Positions 17,790 to 25,938 of a stretch of 64,000 nucleotides of DNA are shown in pieces; position 1 is the first letter of the stretch, and the number at the start of each line of letters is the position of its first letter. Source of the stretch: an uncultured bacterium (GTDB lineage: Bacteria; Vulcanimicrobiota; Xenobia; Xenobiales; Xenobiaceae); assembly GCA_934621605.1 (NCBI GenBank), contig CAKTUZ010000005.1, forward strand, positions 10,862 to 74,861, written 5' to 3'. The position numbers and the translations under genes were made by a program. The notes under the pieces are model-generated. The model saw only the letters and a program-made list of their open reading frames with translations. It searched no databases and was not told where the DNA came from.

Positions 17790-18869
17790 ATGTCAGGACA
17801 AGAACACACCCGAGCCCGGGCTGAACAGGGGAGTAAGCCTTTGGGGCTAATTTTGGCTTTCAGCGTATTGAGTCTGCTGGGCCAATATTTTTTTAAATTG
17901 GGCATGGATAGCGAGTGGGCTAAGCAACTTGTTGCTTTTTTAGGCTATGAGGCTGGAGCTCTCATGCATGGAGACTTTTTTGAAGGTGTTAAGCTCATTT
18001 TCCATTGTGCAGCTCTTTTCTTACAACCCATGGTCTTTGTTGGCATGATTGCTTATGGATTGTCGGCTGTTTGCTGGCTTTCTATCCTTAGTAAAGTAGA
18101 TCTCAGCTTTGCTTATCCTATGATTAGCATAGGCTATGTGGCCGTTTTGCTTATGGGTTGGTTGGGCTTTGGCGAAGAGGTCTCCTGGTTACGTTGGATG
18201 GGGGTTTTTCTTATCTCTCTGGGAATTTTGGCTATTTATTCGGAAAAAGCTTTTTTGAGTCGCAGCTCCTGGGCAGCGGCTTTTCTTTTGGCGTTGGCGG
18301 CAGCCGTTTTTATTTTGTCTGGTGGCCAAAAAGTTGAGGTTGTCGACTTTGATAAACCTGTACTATTGATCGTTTGCACTATACCTTTGGGAGTAATTGG
18401 CCAAATATTACTTAAGGCCGGTATGAATTTAGACATAAATAAAGGGCGTGTCCAAAAAATCGGTCAGGCTTGTGGGCAAATAAAAGAAAGTTGGCTCCCT
18501 TCCACTTGGCAAGCCTTATTTAACGCTTGTACTTTATGCTTAAGTCCTAGAGTTTTTTGCGGCTTAGGTATTTATGTGTTGTCTACGGTCCTTTGGTTGG
18601 TTTTGCTAACTAAAGTACCTATTAGCTTTTTGTATCCTTTGTTGAGCTTCGGGTACGTTTTGGTTTTGCTTATCGGTTGGCTGGTTTTTGGTGAAAAGGT
18701 CAGTTTTGTGCGCTGGTACGGCGTTTTGGTTATTTGCTTGGGCATAGTTTTTATCTATTCGGAAGTTTTGGTAAATGCTCACGCCTTACTTTTCGGGGCC
18801 GCTTTGGTAACTTTGGCTGCCGCCATACTTAGTGCTAAGCATTTTGTTAAAGTAGAGCCGCTCGCTTAA
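17790..18869 (+). CDS. Internally duplicated EamA/SMR-like (ArnE/ArnF-like) membrane protein
   Basis: Two homologous halves end in AYPMISIGYVAVLLMGWLGFGEEVSWLRWMGVFLISLGILAIY and LYPLLSFGYVLVLLIGWLVFGEKVSFVRWYGVLVICLGIVFIY. It starts 9 nt after the upstream stop. Confidence 0.6.
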   Translation: MSGQEHTRARAEQGSKPLGLILAFSVLSLLGQYFFKLGMDSEWAKQLVAFLGYEAGALMHGDFFEGVKLIFHCAALFLQPMVFVGMIAYGLSAVCWLSILSKVDLSFAYPMISIGYVAVLLMGWLGFGEEVSWLRWMGVFLISLGILAIYSEKAFLSRSSWAAAFLLALAAAVFILSGGQKVEVVDFDKPVLLIVCTIPLGVIGQILLKAGMNLDINKGRVQKIGQACGQIKESWLPSTWQALFNACTLCLSPRVFCGLGIYVLSTVLWLVLLTKVPISFLYPLLSFGYVLVLLIGWLVFGEKVSFVRWYGVLVICLGIVFIYSEVLVNAHALLFGAALVTLAAAILSAKHFVKVEPLA

Positions 18870-18900
18870 ATATAAGGGATCGAGGTTTAATAGAAAAAGA

Positions 18901-19773
18901 ATGAGGGCATTTAGAGATTATCTACCTAAGGAAAGGCGAAACTACATTACACTTTCGACGGGCGAGTATTATCCCGACATTCTTTCTGATGCTCGCAGGC
19001 TATATACTCCCGTTTTAGAAATCTTTTCTGAAATATTACATCGTTCCGCAAGTTCGACAGCTCTTTTTATGAATCTAGCTCAGATTTCTAATCAGTGGAT
19101 GAGAATCCAGCTTTGTCGCGTGTTCAGAAAATATGTTTCTCCCGAAACGCCTGTTGAAATGCTTAAAAAAAAGTCAAAAGCTCATCAAATATGTGCAGAA
19201 TTTGGCAATAATTTCAGACCTATTTATGCGGTACAAGAAAAATTTGATTCTCGTCCTTTTCCTGACGAAGCACTTTGTGCCATATTGTGGGAATACAAGG
19301 ATAGGGGAAGAAAGGGGTACGACTTAACAGAAAAATTCTTCGATATGTTCCAAGAACGTTTTCCTGGTATGAAAATATGGGGGCCCAAGCGTTCTGGTTC
19401 AGATATACAGGCGATTTCTATTTGGCAAGATTACATAAATCCAAGTCGCCCGCTGGATTTTGTTATTTCCTCGCCCGACAGAAGCATTATCTATGCTGTG
19501 GGGTTAGTACGCTATGATGGAGACAGAGGTGGTGCCCAAGAAGATGATAGAATTGGCGGATATAAAAATTGCGCTGATGAAATATTGAACTATGTTCATT
19601 CCCACAATTTAAAAACAAAGATTATCTTTTTGAACGATGGTCCAGGCTTGTTGTTAGGCTCTATGTGGGAAGATTACTGTCACATTGAAGAACGCTATCC
19701 TAATGAAATTAAAGTTATAACTTTGCGTATGATCGAAGAACGCCTGACTGAAAGCTGGCTAAAAGGAGAATAG
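18901..19773 (+). CDS. Putative type II restriction endonuclease (partner of the adjacent methyltransferase)
   Basis: 290-aa ORF with no motif I recognise. It ends 6 nt before the co-oriented DNA methyltransferase, and both genes are visibly more AT-rich than their flanks. The call rests on context only. Confidence 0.4.
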   Translation: MRAFRDYLPKERRNYITLSTGEYYPDILSDARRLYTPVLEIFSEILHRSASSTALFMNLAQISNQWMRIQLCRVFRKYVSPETPVEMLKKKSKAHQICAEFGNNFRPIYAVQEKFDSRPFPDEALCAILWEYKDRGRKGYDLTEKFFDMFQERFPGMKIWGPKRSGSDIQAISIWQDYINPSRPLDFVISSPDRSIIYAVGLVRYDGDRGGAQEDDRIGGYKNCADEILNYVHSHNLKTKIIFLNDGPGLLLGSMWEDYCHIEERYPNEIKVITLRMIEERLTESWLKGE

Positions 19774-19779
19774 CTCATA

Positions 19780-21021
19780 ATGGCAACGGGAATCCCACCT
19801 AGAGAAGGTAAAATTAAGCGAAAGAGGCCAGTTAGCATAGTTTATGACGGTAAACTATCTAGTGGAGAGATCTTAGCCGCTGAGTATACCGATTTTTCCC
19901 TGTTTTGCCATATTAACGGTGGCGGCGATAATCGCTTTTTTTTTGGTGACAACTTAAATGCTTTACTTTATATGCTTGGCAATGGTTATAAGAAAAAAAT
20001 TAGGCTAATATACATCGATCCTCCCTTTGCGACTGCCTCAAACTTTGTCAATCGTAGTCAAGAACATGCTTATAGCGATTCTTTATGTGGAGGGGAATAT
20101 GTCGAATTTTTACGCGAACGCTTGATTGTAATGCGTGAATTGCTTGCTGATGATGGCTCTATATATTTGCATCTTGATGGCAATATGGCATTTACCATGA
20201 AATTGATTATGGATGAAGTCTTTGGAGAGAAGAATTTTAGAGCTTTCATTACGCGCAAAAAATGTAGCACTAAGAATTACACGAAAAATACATACGGCAA
20301 TATCTCTGATTATATTATTTTTTATTCAAAATCTTCTACTTATATATGGAATAGACCATTTTCCCCTTGGGAATATGATCGGATGATTAAAGAATATCCC
20401 TGTATAGATGAAAAGACAGGAAAACGTTATAAGAAGGTGCCTGTTCATGCACCAGGAGTAAGGAAGGGAGAGACAGGCAAAGAATGGCGCGAAAAACTAC
20501 CACCCAAGGGTAAACATTGGCAATATACACCTGAAAAACTTGATCAATTTGATGCGGCGGGTGAAATATACTGGAGTCCAACAGGAAACCCACGTCGGAT
20601 GGTATTTTGCAATCCTGATCAAGGAATACCGATTCAAGATATTTGGCTTGACTATCGAGATTCAGTCAATCAAGCCCAAAAGACTACCGGCTACCCTACC
20701 GAGAAGAATCTTGAAATGTTAAAGCTTATAGTAAAAGCTTCATCTGATCCTGGTGATATTGTGCTTGATTGTTTTGCTGGTAGCGGAACGACATTAGCTG
20801 CTGCCTTTGAGTCAGATAGAAAATGGATTGGGGTTGACAATAGTCCCGAGAGTATGAAAGCCATATTAAAACGGTTTACAGTTGGCCTTGATATTTATGG
20901 AGATTATGTTACGAAACAAGATGAATATAAACAAATGAGTCTTGAATTATCGACTAAATGTCCATTTGATATTATGACTGACGCCAATGGACAAAGGACT
21001 ATATCATTTATCAAGAATTGA
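19780..21021 (+). CDS. Beta-class N6-adenine/N4-cytosine DNA methyltransferase (N6_N4_Mtase family)
   Basis: Catalytic motif IV IYIDPPFATASNF lies upstream of SAM motif I VLDCFAGSGTTLAAA. This is the permuted beta order. Confidence 0.85.
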   Translation: MATGIPPREGKIKRKRPVSIVYDGKLSSGEILAAEYTDFSLFCHINGGGDNRFFFGDNLNALLYMLGNGYKKKIRLIYIDPPFATASNFVNRSQEHAYSDSLCGGEYVEFLRERLIVMRELLADDGSIYLHLDGNMAFTMKLIMDEVFGEKNFRAFITRKKCSTKNYTKNTYGNISDYIIFYSKSSTYIWNRPFSPWEYDRMIKEYPCIDEKTGKRYKKVPVHAPGVRKGETGKEWREKLPPKGKHWQYTPEKLDQFDAAGEIYWSPTGNPRRMVFCNPDQGIPIQDIWLDYRDSVNQAQKTTGYPTEKNLEMLKLIVKASSDPGDIVLDCFAGSGTTLAAAFESDRKWIGVDNSPESMKAILKRFTVGLDIYGDYVTKQDEYKQMSLELSTKCPFDIMTDANGQRTISFIKN

Positions 21022-21113
21022 TATTCTGTGTCGAGAACTAAAAGCCCAATCAGCTTCTTTTCCTTTAGAGAAAAAAACTGGTCGGGCTTCTTTATTTACC
21101 AATCAGCCAGCGC

Positions 21114-22424
21114 CTATTTTTGTTGGCTCTTAATCCAATCTTGCAAAGGCAATTGTACTTGCTCACCGGTTTTTAAGTCTTTAACTTCAACCAATTGAGC
21201 CTCCTCTGTGTATTGGTGAGGGAAGAGCATAAAGGGAATACCTTTGCGGTCGGCGTAGCGAATTTGCTTTTTTAAGGCGGCTACTTCATGGAAAATTTCG
21301 GTAGGAACACCTTGGTTGCGCAGAGCAGCGGCTACGGTGCGGCAAACCGGACGTAATTCTTCGCTGGGCCAACTGATCAGTACTTGGGTGGGAGTTTGGC
21401 GAGAACAATCCAAAACATTTTGAGCAAATAAGTGAGAAATGAGGCGACTCAAGCCGATGCTGATACCGACGCCGGGCAACTTGCGATTGATAAATTGGGA
21501 AGCTAAATTTTCATAGCGTCCGCCGGAGCAAATACTGCCTAAGCTGGGATAATCGGGCAACATCGTTTCGTAAATAGTGCCAGTATAATAATCCAAACCG
21601 CGTACAATTCCCAAGTTAAAGATTAAATTTTCGCTGCCAATATGGGAGAGCTCTTCAGCTACGAAGGCCAGCTCTTCCAAACCTTTTTGGAAAATTTCGT
21701 TACTGGTGCCTAATTTTTGAGCTTTGGCCAAAACTTCTTGGGGAGCGCCTTTGAGTGAGCATAAGGCTAGGCACTTATCGGCTGTTTTACTGTCTATTCC
21801 CAGGTTGGTTAAAGTTTCTCTGACTTTGCCAGCACCGATTTTGTCAATTTTGTCAACTTCGCGCAATACTTCGGCGCTCTTAGCTTCATCTAAACCTAAG
21901 CTTTGGTAGTAACCCAAAAGTACTTTGCGATTATTGATATTTATCTGAGCGCGAATGCCCAGCTTTTGAAAAATTTCGTGGATTACAGCGGGCAGTTCGG
22001 CGTCGAAACTTAAGGGCAATTCGCCGTCGCCGATAACGTCTATATCAGCCTGGTAAAACTCGCGGAAGCGCCCTTCCTGAGGTCGTTCGCCGCGCCAAAC
22101 TTTTTGAATTTGCCAGCGCTTGAAGGGGAAGTTGACCGCCCCGCTGTTTTGGGCTACATAGCGAGCTAAAGGCACGGTTAAGTCGAAATGCAAAGCCATC
22201 TCCCAGCGGCCGGGAGCACCCTGCAAACGGCCCAAACCGTAAATCTCTTTATTTATCTCACCTTTGGCAGCCAATATAGAGACGCGTTCTACGGCGCTAG
22301 TTTCGAGGCGGGAAAAACCGTGCAGTTCGTATACGCTGCGAATAATGTCTATAACGCGCTGTTCGGCAATTTGTTGGCCGGGAAGCCATTCGGGAAAACC
22401 GCTTAAAGGAGTAGGTTTGATCAT
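21114..22424 (-). CDS. hisS: Histidine--tRNA ligase
   Basis: Class II aaRS HisRS pattern (GFPEWLP..., FKRWQIQKVWRGERPQEGRFREFYQ, GGRYENL) plus a C-terminal anticodon-binding domain. ATG at 22424 (MIKPTPL) is preferred over the upstream TTG at 22448. Confidence 0.9.
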   Translation of the reverse strand: MIKPTPLSGFPEWLPGQQIAEQRVIDIIRSVYELHGFSRLETSAVERVSILAAKGEINKEIYGLGRLQGAPGRWEMALHFDLTVPLARYVAQNSGAVNFPFKRWQIQKVWRGERPQEGRFREFYQADIDVIGDGELPLSFDAELPAVIHEIFQKLGIRAQININNRKVLLGYYQSLGLDEAKSAEVLREVDKIDKIGAGKVRETLTNLGIDSKTADKCLALCSLKGAPQEVLAKAQKLGTSNEIFQKGLEELAFVAEELSHIGSENLIFNLGIVRGLDYYTGTIYETMLPDYPSLGSICSGGRYENLASQFINRKLPGVGISIGLSRLISHLFAQNVLDCSRQTPTQVLISWPSEELRPVCRTVAAALRNQGVPTEIFHEVAALKKQIRYADRKGIPFMLFPHQYTEEAQLVEVKDLKTGEQVQLPLQDWIKSQQK

Positions 22425-22514
22425 ATCTATATTTCTCTCTGAATGCAAAAAAACAGCCCCAAGGAAATAATTCCCACGAGGCTGCTGTTCTAAAAGCCAG
22501 AAATAAGAAGCAGA

Positions 22515-22943
22515 TTACTTCTCAGACTGGTTCTCCAACCACTGGTAGAACGGGATCGTGCGAGCTGAACGTACGCGGTTGCGGTTGTCAGCGCGGACTT
22601 CGATCTTGGAACCAACGCGGATAGCGTCGAAGGAAGGAGTGTACTGAGTCAAGTTTTCGTACAGATAGAAGTTGGCAATGTCATCTTCAGAACCGTCGAT
22701 ATCGACGCTCATGTACTTACCGTCGACGTACACGACTTCGCCGGTGAAATCCTTCTGCCAGGTTACGCCGGCGTCAGGAGTACCGAACTCCAAGTTCTCG
22801 GGACCCATCCAAGTAGTGTACCATACGCCAGGAGCCATCTGATGATTAGACTGGACGTCTGTTTCTGCTGTTGCGACACCAGCTGAAGCGCAGATTACGG
22901 CCGCCATGAACGCGGTGCAAGCTAAATTACGGAGAGCCTTCAT
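22515..22943 (-). CDS. Small secreted protein of unknown function, probably highly expressed
   Basis: ATG at 22941-22943 follows AAGGAGGTGA. Signal peptide MKALRNLACTAFMAAVICASAGVATA. Strong C-ending codon bias like dnaK. Hairpin plus T-run downstream. The 212-aa track ORF is a 5' over-extension. Confidence 0.7.
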   Translation of the reverse strand: MKALRNLACTAFMAAVICASAGVATAETDVQSNHQMAPGVWYTTWMGPENLEFGTPDAGVTWQKDFTGEVVYVDGKYMSVDIDGSEDDIANFYLYENLTQYTPSFDAIRVGSKIEVRADNRNRVRSARTIPFYQWLENQSEK

Positions 22944-23160
22944 TTCGTTTTTCACCTCCTTGATTAAGAACTCAACCGCAACGGCTACGGCAGCCAACTG
23001 CGGCGGGGCGATCTCTGTTCCGAGACCTAAGATTATGCTGGCAAGTTCGCCTAAAATCTTTCTTACCCTGCCCGAACCCAGGAATATTTTCGCGTCTGCA
23101 CATCTGAAAATCCGGGGCAGGCCAAAATCTTTCAAAAGGTTGGGAGTTCTCACAGTCCCA
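22944..23160 (-). promoter_or_regulatory. Long structured 5' leader (at least three stem-loops) of the small secreted-protein gene
   Basis: mRNA-sense stems: CCTGCCC/GGGCAGG enclosing ATTTTC/GAAAAT; AAGATT/AATCTT enclosing GGC/GCC; and CCGCA..GGCT..AGCC..TGCGG immediately upstream of the SD. No known riboswitch is recognised. Confidence 0.35.
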
Positions 23161-23353
23161 CCTTATGCGCCGAGCTAAAAATAATTCCTTCTTGGGGAGA
23201 TTTTTTTTTTATATTTTTTAGCTTATTTGTGAACTAGCCGCCATCTAAAGGTGATGGGTGTTCACTTAGGAAATTGCTAATATGGGCATAAAGTTGAAAA
23301 AAGCCTGATTTTTTGCTAATTTGGGGCTAAAGTTCTTTAGGTGGGTGATCTTT

Positions 23354-24358
23354 ATGTTTTGGCAATCGTTGGGCGTAGGTTCTCTTATCAATTTGGTTGG
23401 AACTAATAACCAAAAGCGCGATGTCAGCTTGATTCAGCAGCAAAGTTTAGTTTCTTTGCGTGATGAACTTAACAAGCTTTTGGCTTCTGGTCAGAGTGAG
23501 ATAGAGGCCAATTTTGAAGAAGATGGCTCTTTGGAAGCCAAAGCTCAACTGGTCGAGGCTTTAAATCAGTTTACTTCTCCGGAAGAAAGTAATGAAGTCG
23601 TAGCTCAAATGCAAAGCGATTATTATACCGAAAAACATAGACTTAGCTCGGCTTTAAGTGCTCGTTTGGCTGATTTGAAAGCCGACTTTTACGATAAATA
23701 TTGCCTAAAAAATCGCCAATTACCCGATGGCGCCGTCGAACTTATTCTCGACGAAAACGGTCAGCCTCAATTGGTAGATGGTTATGAAACGCCGGAATTG
23801 AAGATCTTGCGCACCAAATGGGAAACTGAGCAGCGTCGTCAGCTTATTGAAAAGCAAGACCAAGAACGCGATGAATTTATAGCTCAATGGAAAATTAAAT
23901 TGTTAGAGTTTTTGCAAGACAACAAAAGGCGTTTTATCGTTGAGCGAGTTTATAACGAATTATTCGACATGCTTATGGAAATGCGCTCGGCCGCCGTGGA
24001 AATTGTTTTGCGCCAAGACAGAGAACGCTGGCTTTTGGAAGTGCCGCCTGAAGAAGATATTCGAGCTGTGGCCGAAGAGGGGCTCAATGAATTAGAAGAA
24101 CTGTGTCATCAGGAAGCGGCTTGGGAACGCGAATCGTCTGATATGCAGGAAATACTTTCTTTCGAACGCGAACTGGCTGCTTATATTTGTCAATGTCGCT
24201 ATGAGCTGCGTCGCAAGCATTATGATGACAGTGATTTTCTCGATTTGCGCAGTGGGTTGCAAGCTCGTCAGGAAGAATATACCGATTTTACCGAGGCTTT
24301 ACCTGCTCACGTTGTCAGTTGTTTGGAAGATTTAGGGCTTGGTAATGACAGTCTGTAG
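23354..24358 (+). CDS. Acidic, coiled-coil-rich hypothetical protein
   Basis: Long ORF with genome-typical codon usage. ATG at 23354 is preferred over TTG at 23321. No motif recognised. Confidence 0.5.
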   Translation: MFWQSLGVGSLINLVGTNNQKRDVSLIQQQSLVSLRDELNKLLASGQSEIEANFEEDGSLEAKAQLVEALNQFTSPEESNEVVAQMQSDYYTEKHRLSSALSARLADLKADFYDKYCLKNRQLPDGAVELILDENGQPQLVDGYETPELKILRTKWETEQRRQLIEKQDQERDEFIAQWKIKLLEFLQDNKRRFIVERVYNELFDMLMEMRSAAVEIVLRQDRERWLLEVPPEEDIRAVAEEGLNELEELCHQEAAWERESSDMQEILSFERELAAYICQCRYELRRKHYDDSDFLDLRSGLQARQEEYTDFTEALPAHVVSCLEDLGLGNDSL

Positions 24359-24466
24359 TTGGGTTCCCGTAGCTTCATAAAAGCGAAGTACGCTGCTCCA
24401 ATGCGGTAAGTGCAACTTAAGGAGCGGGCGCATATCAGTTTCGAAAGCTCATTGCCATGAGCTGGT

Positions 24467-25762
24467 TTAGCAAGATCGACCTACGCCGTAGTAGCTGAAG
24501 TTGTGCTCGGTCATGCGCTTGGGCTCAAAGAGGTTGCGTCCATCCAGTATCAGCGGAGAGGCCATAAGTGAGCGCAGGGCCAGCAGGTCGATGCTTTTAA
24601 ATTGAGGCCATTCAGTGCATATAATCAAGGCTTGAGCTTGGCAGCACGCTTCCAAAGCGCTCTGACACATGATCGCGTGGGGTAAGAGTGCGGCGGCTTT
24701 GCTCATAGCTGCTGGATCATAGCATTGTACTTGAGCGCCGGCCAAGAGCAGTTCTTCTATTATTTCTACTGCTGGGGCAAAGCGCAAGTCGTCGGTATGT
24801 GGCTTAAAGGACAAGCCCCATACGGCTAGGCGGAGACCGCGCAAATCGGGATAAATCTTTTTTAGTTGTTCAAGAGCCCAGCGGCGCTGACTGTTATTTA
24901 CTTTTTCGACCGCTTCGAGCAACTCAAAATTGTAACCCAAATCTTTGGCTATTCTGATATAGGCGGCCACATCTTTAGGCAAACACATGCCGCCATAGCC
25001 TATGCCCGCTTCCATAGAGGCCATGCCTATGCGATGATCGAGGCCGATACCTTTGGCCACTTTTTTTATGTCTGCGCCTGAGCGCTGGCAAACTTGCGCT
25101 ACCGAGTTGATAAAAGATATTTTTAAGGCCAGAAAGGCGTTAGCCGAATGTTTGATAAGTTCGGCTGAATTGATGTCGGTAATAAGCAAAGGCGCATTTA
25201 AGGGTTCGTAAAGCTCGACCAATAGCGAGGAAGCCTTTTGCGAAGAGACGCCAATTACCACACGGTCGGGGTGTAAAAAATCGTGAATAGCTGTGCCTTC
25301 GCGCAGAAATTCGGGGTTGGAAGCCACGTCAAATTCTACACCTTGGCTAGCATAGGTACTTATAGTACGTTTTACCCATTCGCCGGTGCGTACTGGCACG
25401 GTACTTTTTTCCACAATGAGACGATAGCTGTCCATATTGACGGCTATTTCTTTAGAAACGGATTCTACAAAAGAAAGATCGGCCCGACCGTCTGGCAGCG
25501 GCGGCGTGTTGACGCAAATAAAAATGATTTGGCTGCAATGCACAGCTTCGGCAATGCTGGAGGAGAAGCGCAGCTTCCCTTCAGAGGTGTAAATCTTGAT
25601 CAGTTGCTCGAGGCCGGGCTCGTAGATAGGACACTCTTGACGCTGCAACTGGGCCAATTTCTTTAAATCGTTATCTACCGCTATAATGTTGTGCCCCAGC
25701 TCGGCCAGGCAAGCGCCGGTAACTAAACCGACATAGCCGCAGCCTATAATACTTATGTCCAT
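24467..25762 (-). CDS. ugd: UDP-glucose 6-dehydrogenase
   Basis: N-terminal Rossmann MDISIIGCGYVGLVTGACLAELGH, the catalytic Cys region GYGGMCLPKD, 431 aa. Confidence 0.9.
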   Translation of the reverse strand: MDISIIGCGYVGLVTGACLAELGHNIIAVDNDLKKLAQLQRQECPIYEPGLEQLIKIYTSEGKLRFSSSIAEAVHCSQIIFICVNTPPLPDGRADLSFVESVSKEIAVNMDSYRLIVEKSTVPVRTGEWVKRTISTYASQGVEFDVASNPEFLREGTAIHDFLHPDRVVIGVSSQKASSLLVELYEPLNAPLLITDINSAELIKHSANAFLALKISFINSVAQVCQRSGADIKKVAKGIGLDHRIGMASMEAGIGYGGMCLPKDVAAYIRIAKDLGYNFELLEAVEKVNNSQRRWALEQLKKIYPDLRGLRLAVWGLSFKPHTDDLRFAPAVEIIEELLLAGAQVQCYDPAAMSKAAALLPHAIMCQSALEACCQAQALIICTEWPQFKSIDLLALRSLMASPLILDGRNLFEPKRMTEHNFSYYGVGRSC

Positions 25763-25938
25763 CTTTTTCTCTCCTAAAAGCGGCGCTTGCGCCCGCTTTG
25801 CAGCATTTTGCCGAAGCTATAGCTTTTCACCTTCTCAAAATGGCCTTAAAACGTGCTTTTTAGGCAAAAAAGCCACACTTATACAAGGTTTGAGGCGCTC
25901 CTAAACTTATCTGTCTATAAAAGACGGCGGTTGGCGGC

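Noticed and set aside
22944-23153. N-terminal 70 aa of the 212-aa track ORF 22515..23153(-).
   Set aside because: The internal ATG at 22943 has a perfect AAGGAGGTGA RBS and is followed immediately by a signal peptide. The upstream extension is better explained as a structured untranslated leader.
24359-24466. Possible tRNA or small RNA in the gap after the acidic protein gene (GGGTTCCCGTAGCTTCA...).
   Set aside because: No cloverleaf can be drawn. There is no GTTCRAATC T-loop and no acceptor-stem complementarity.
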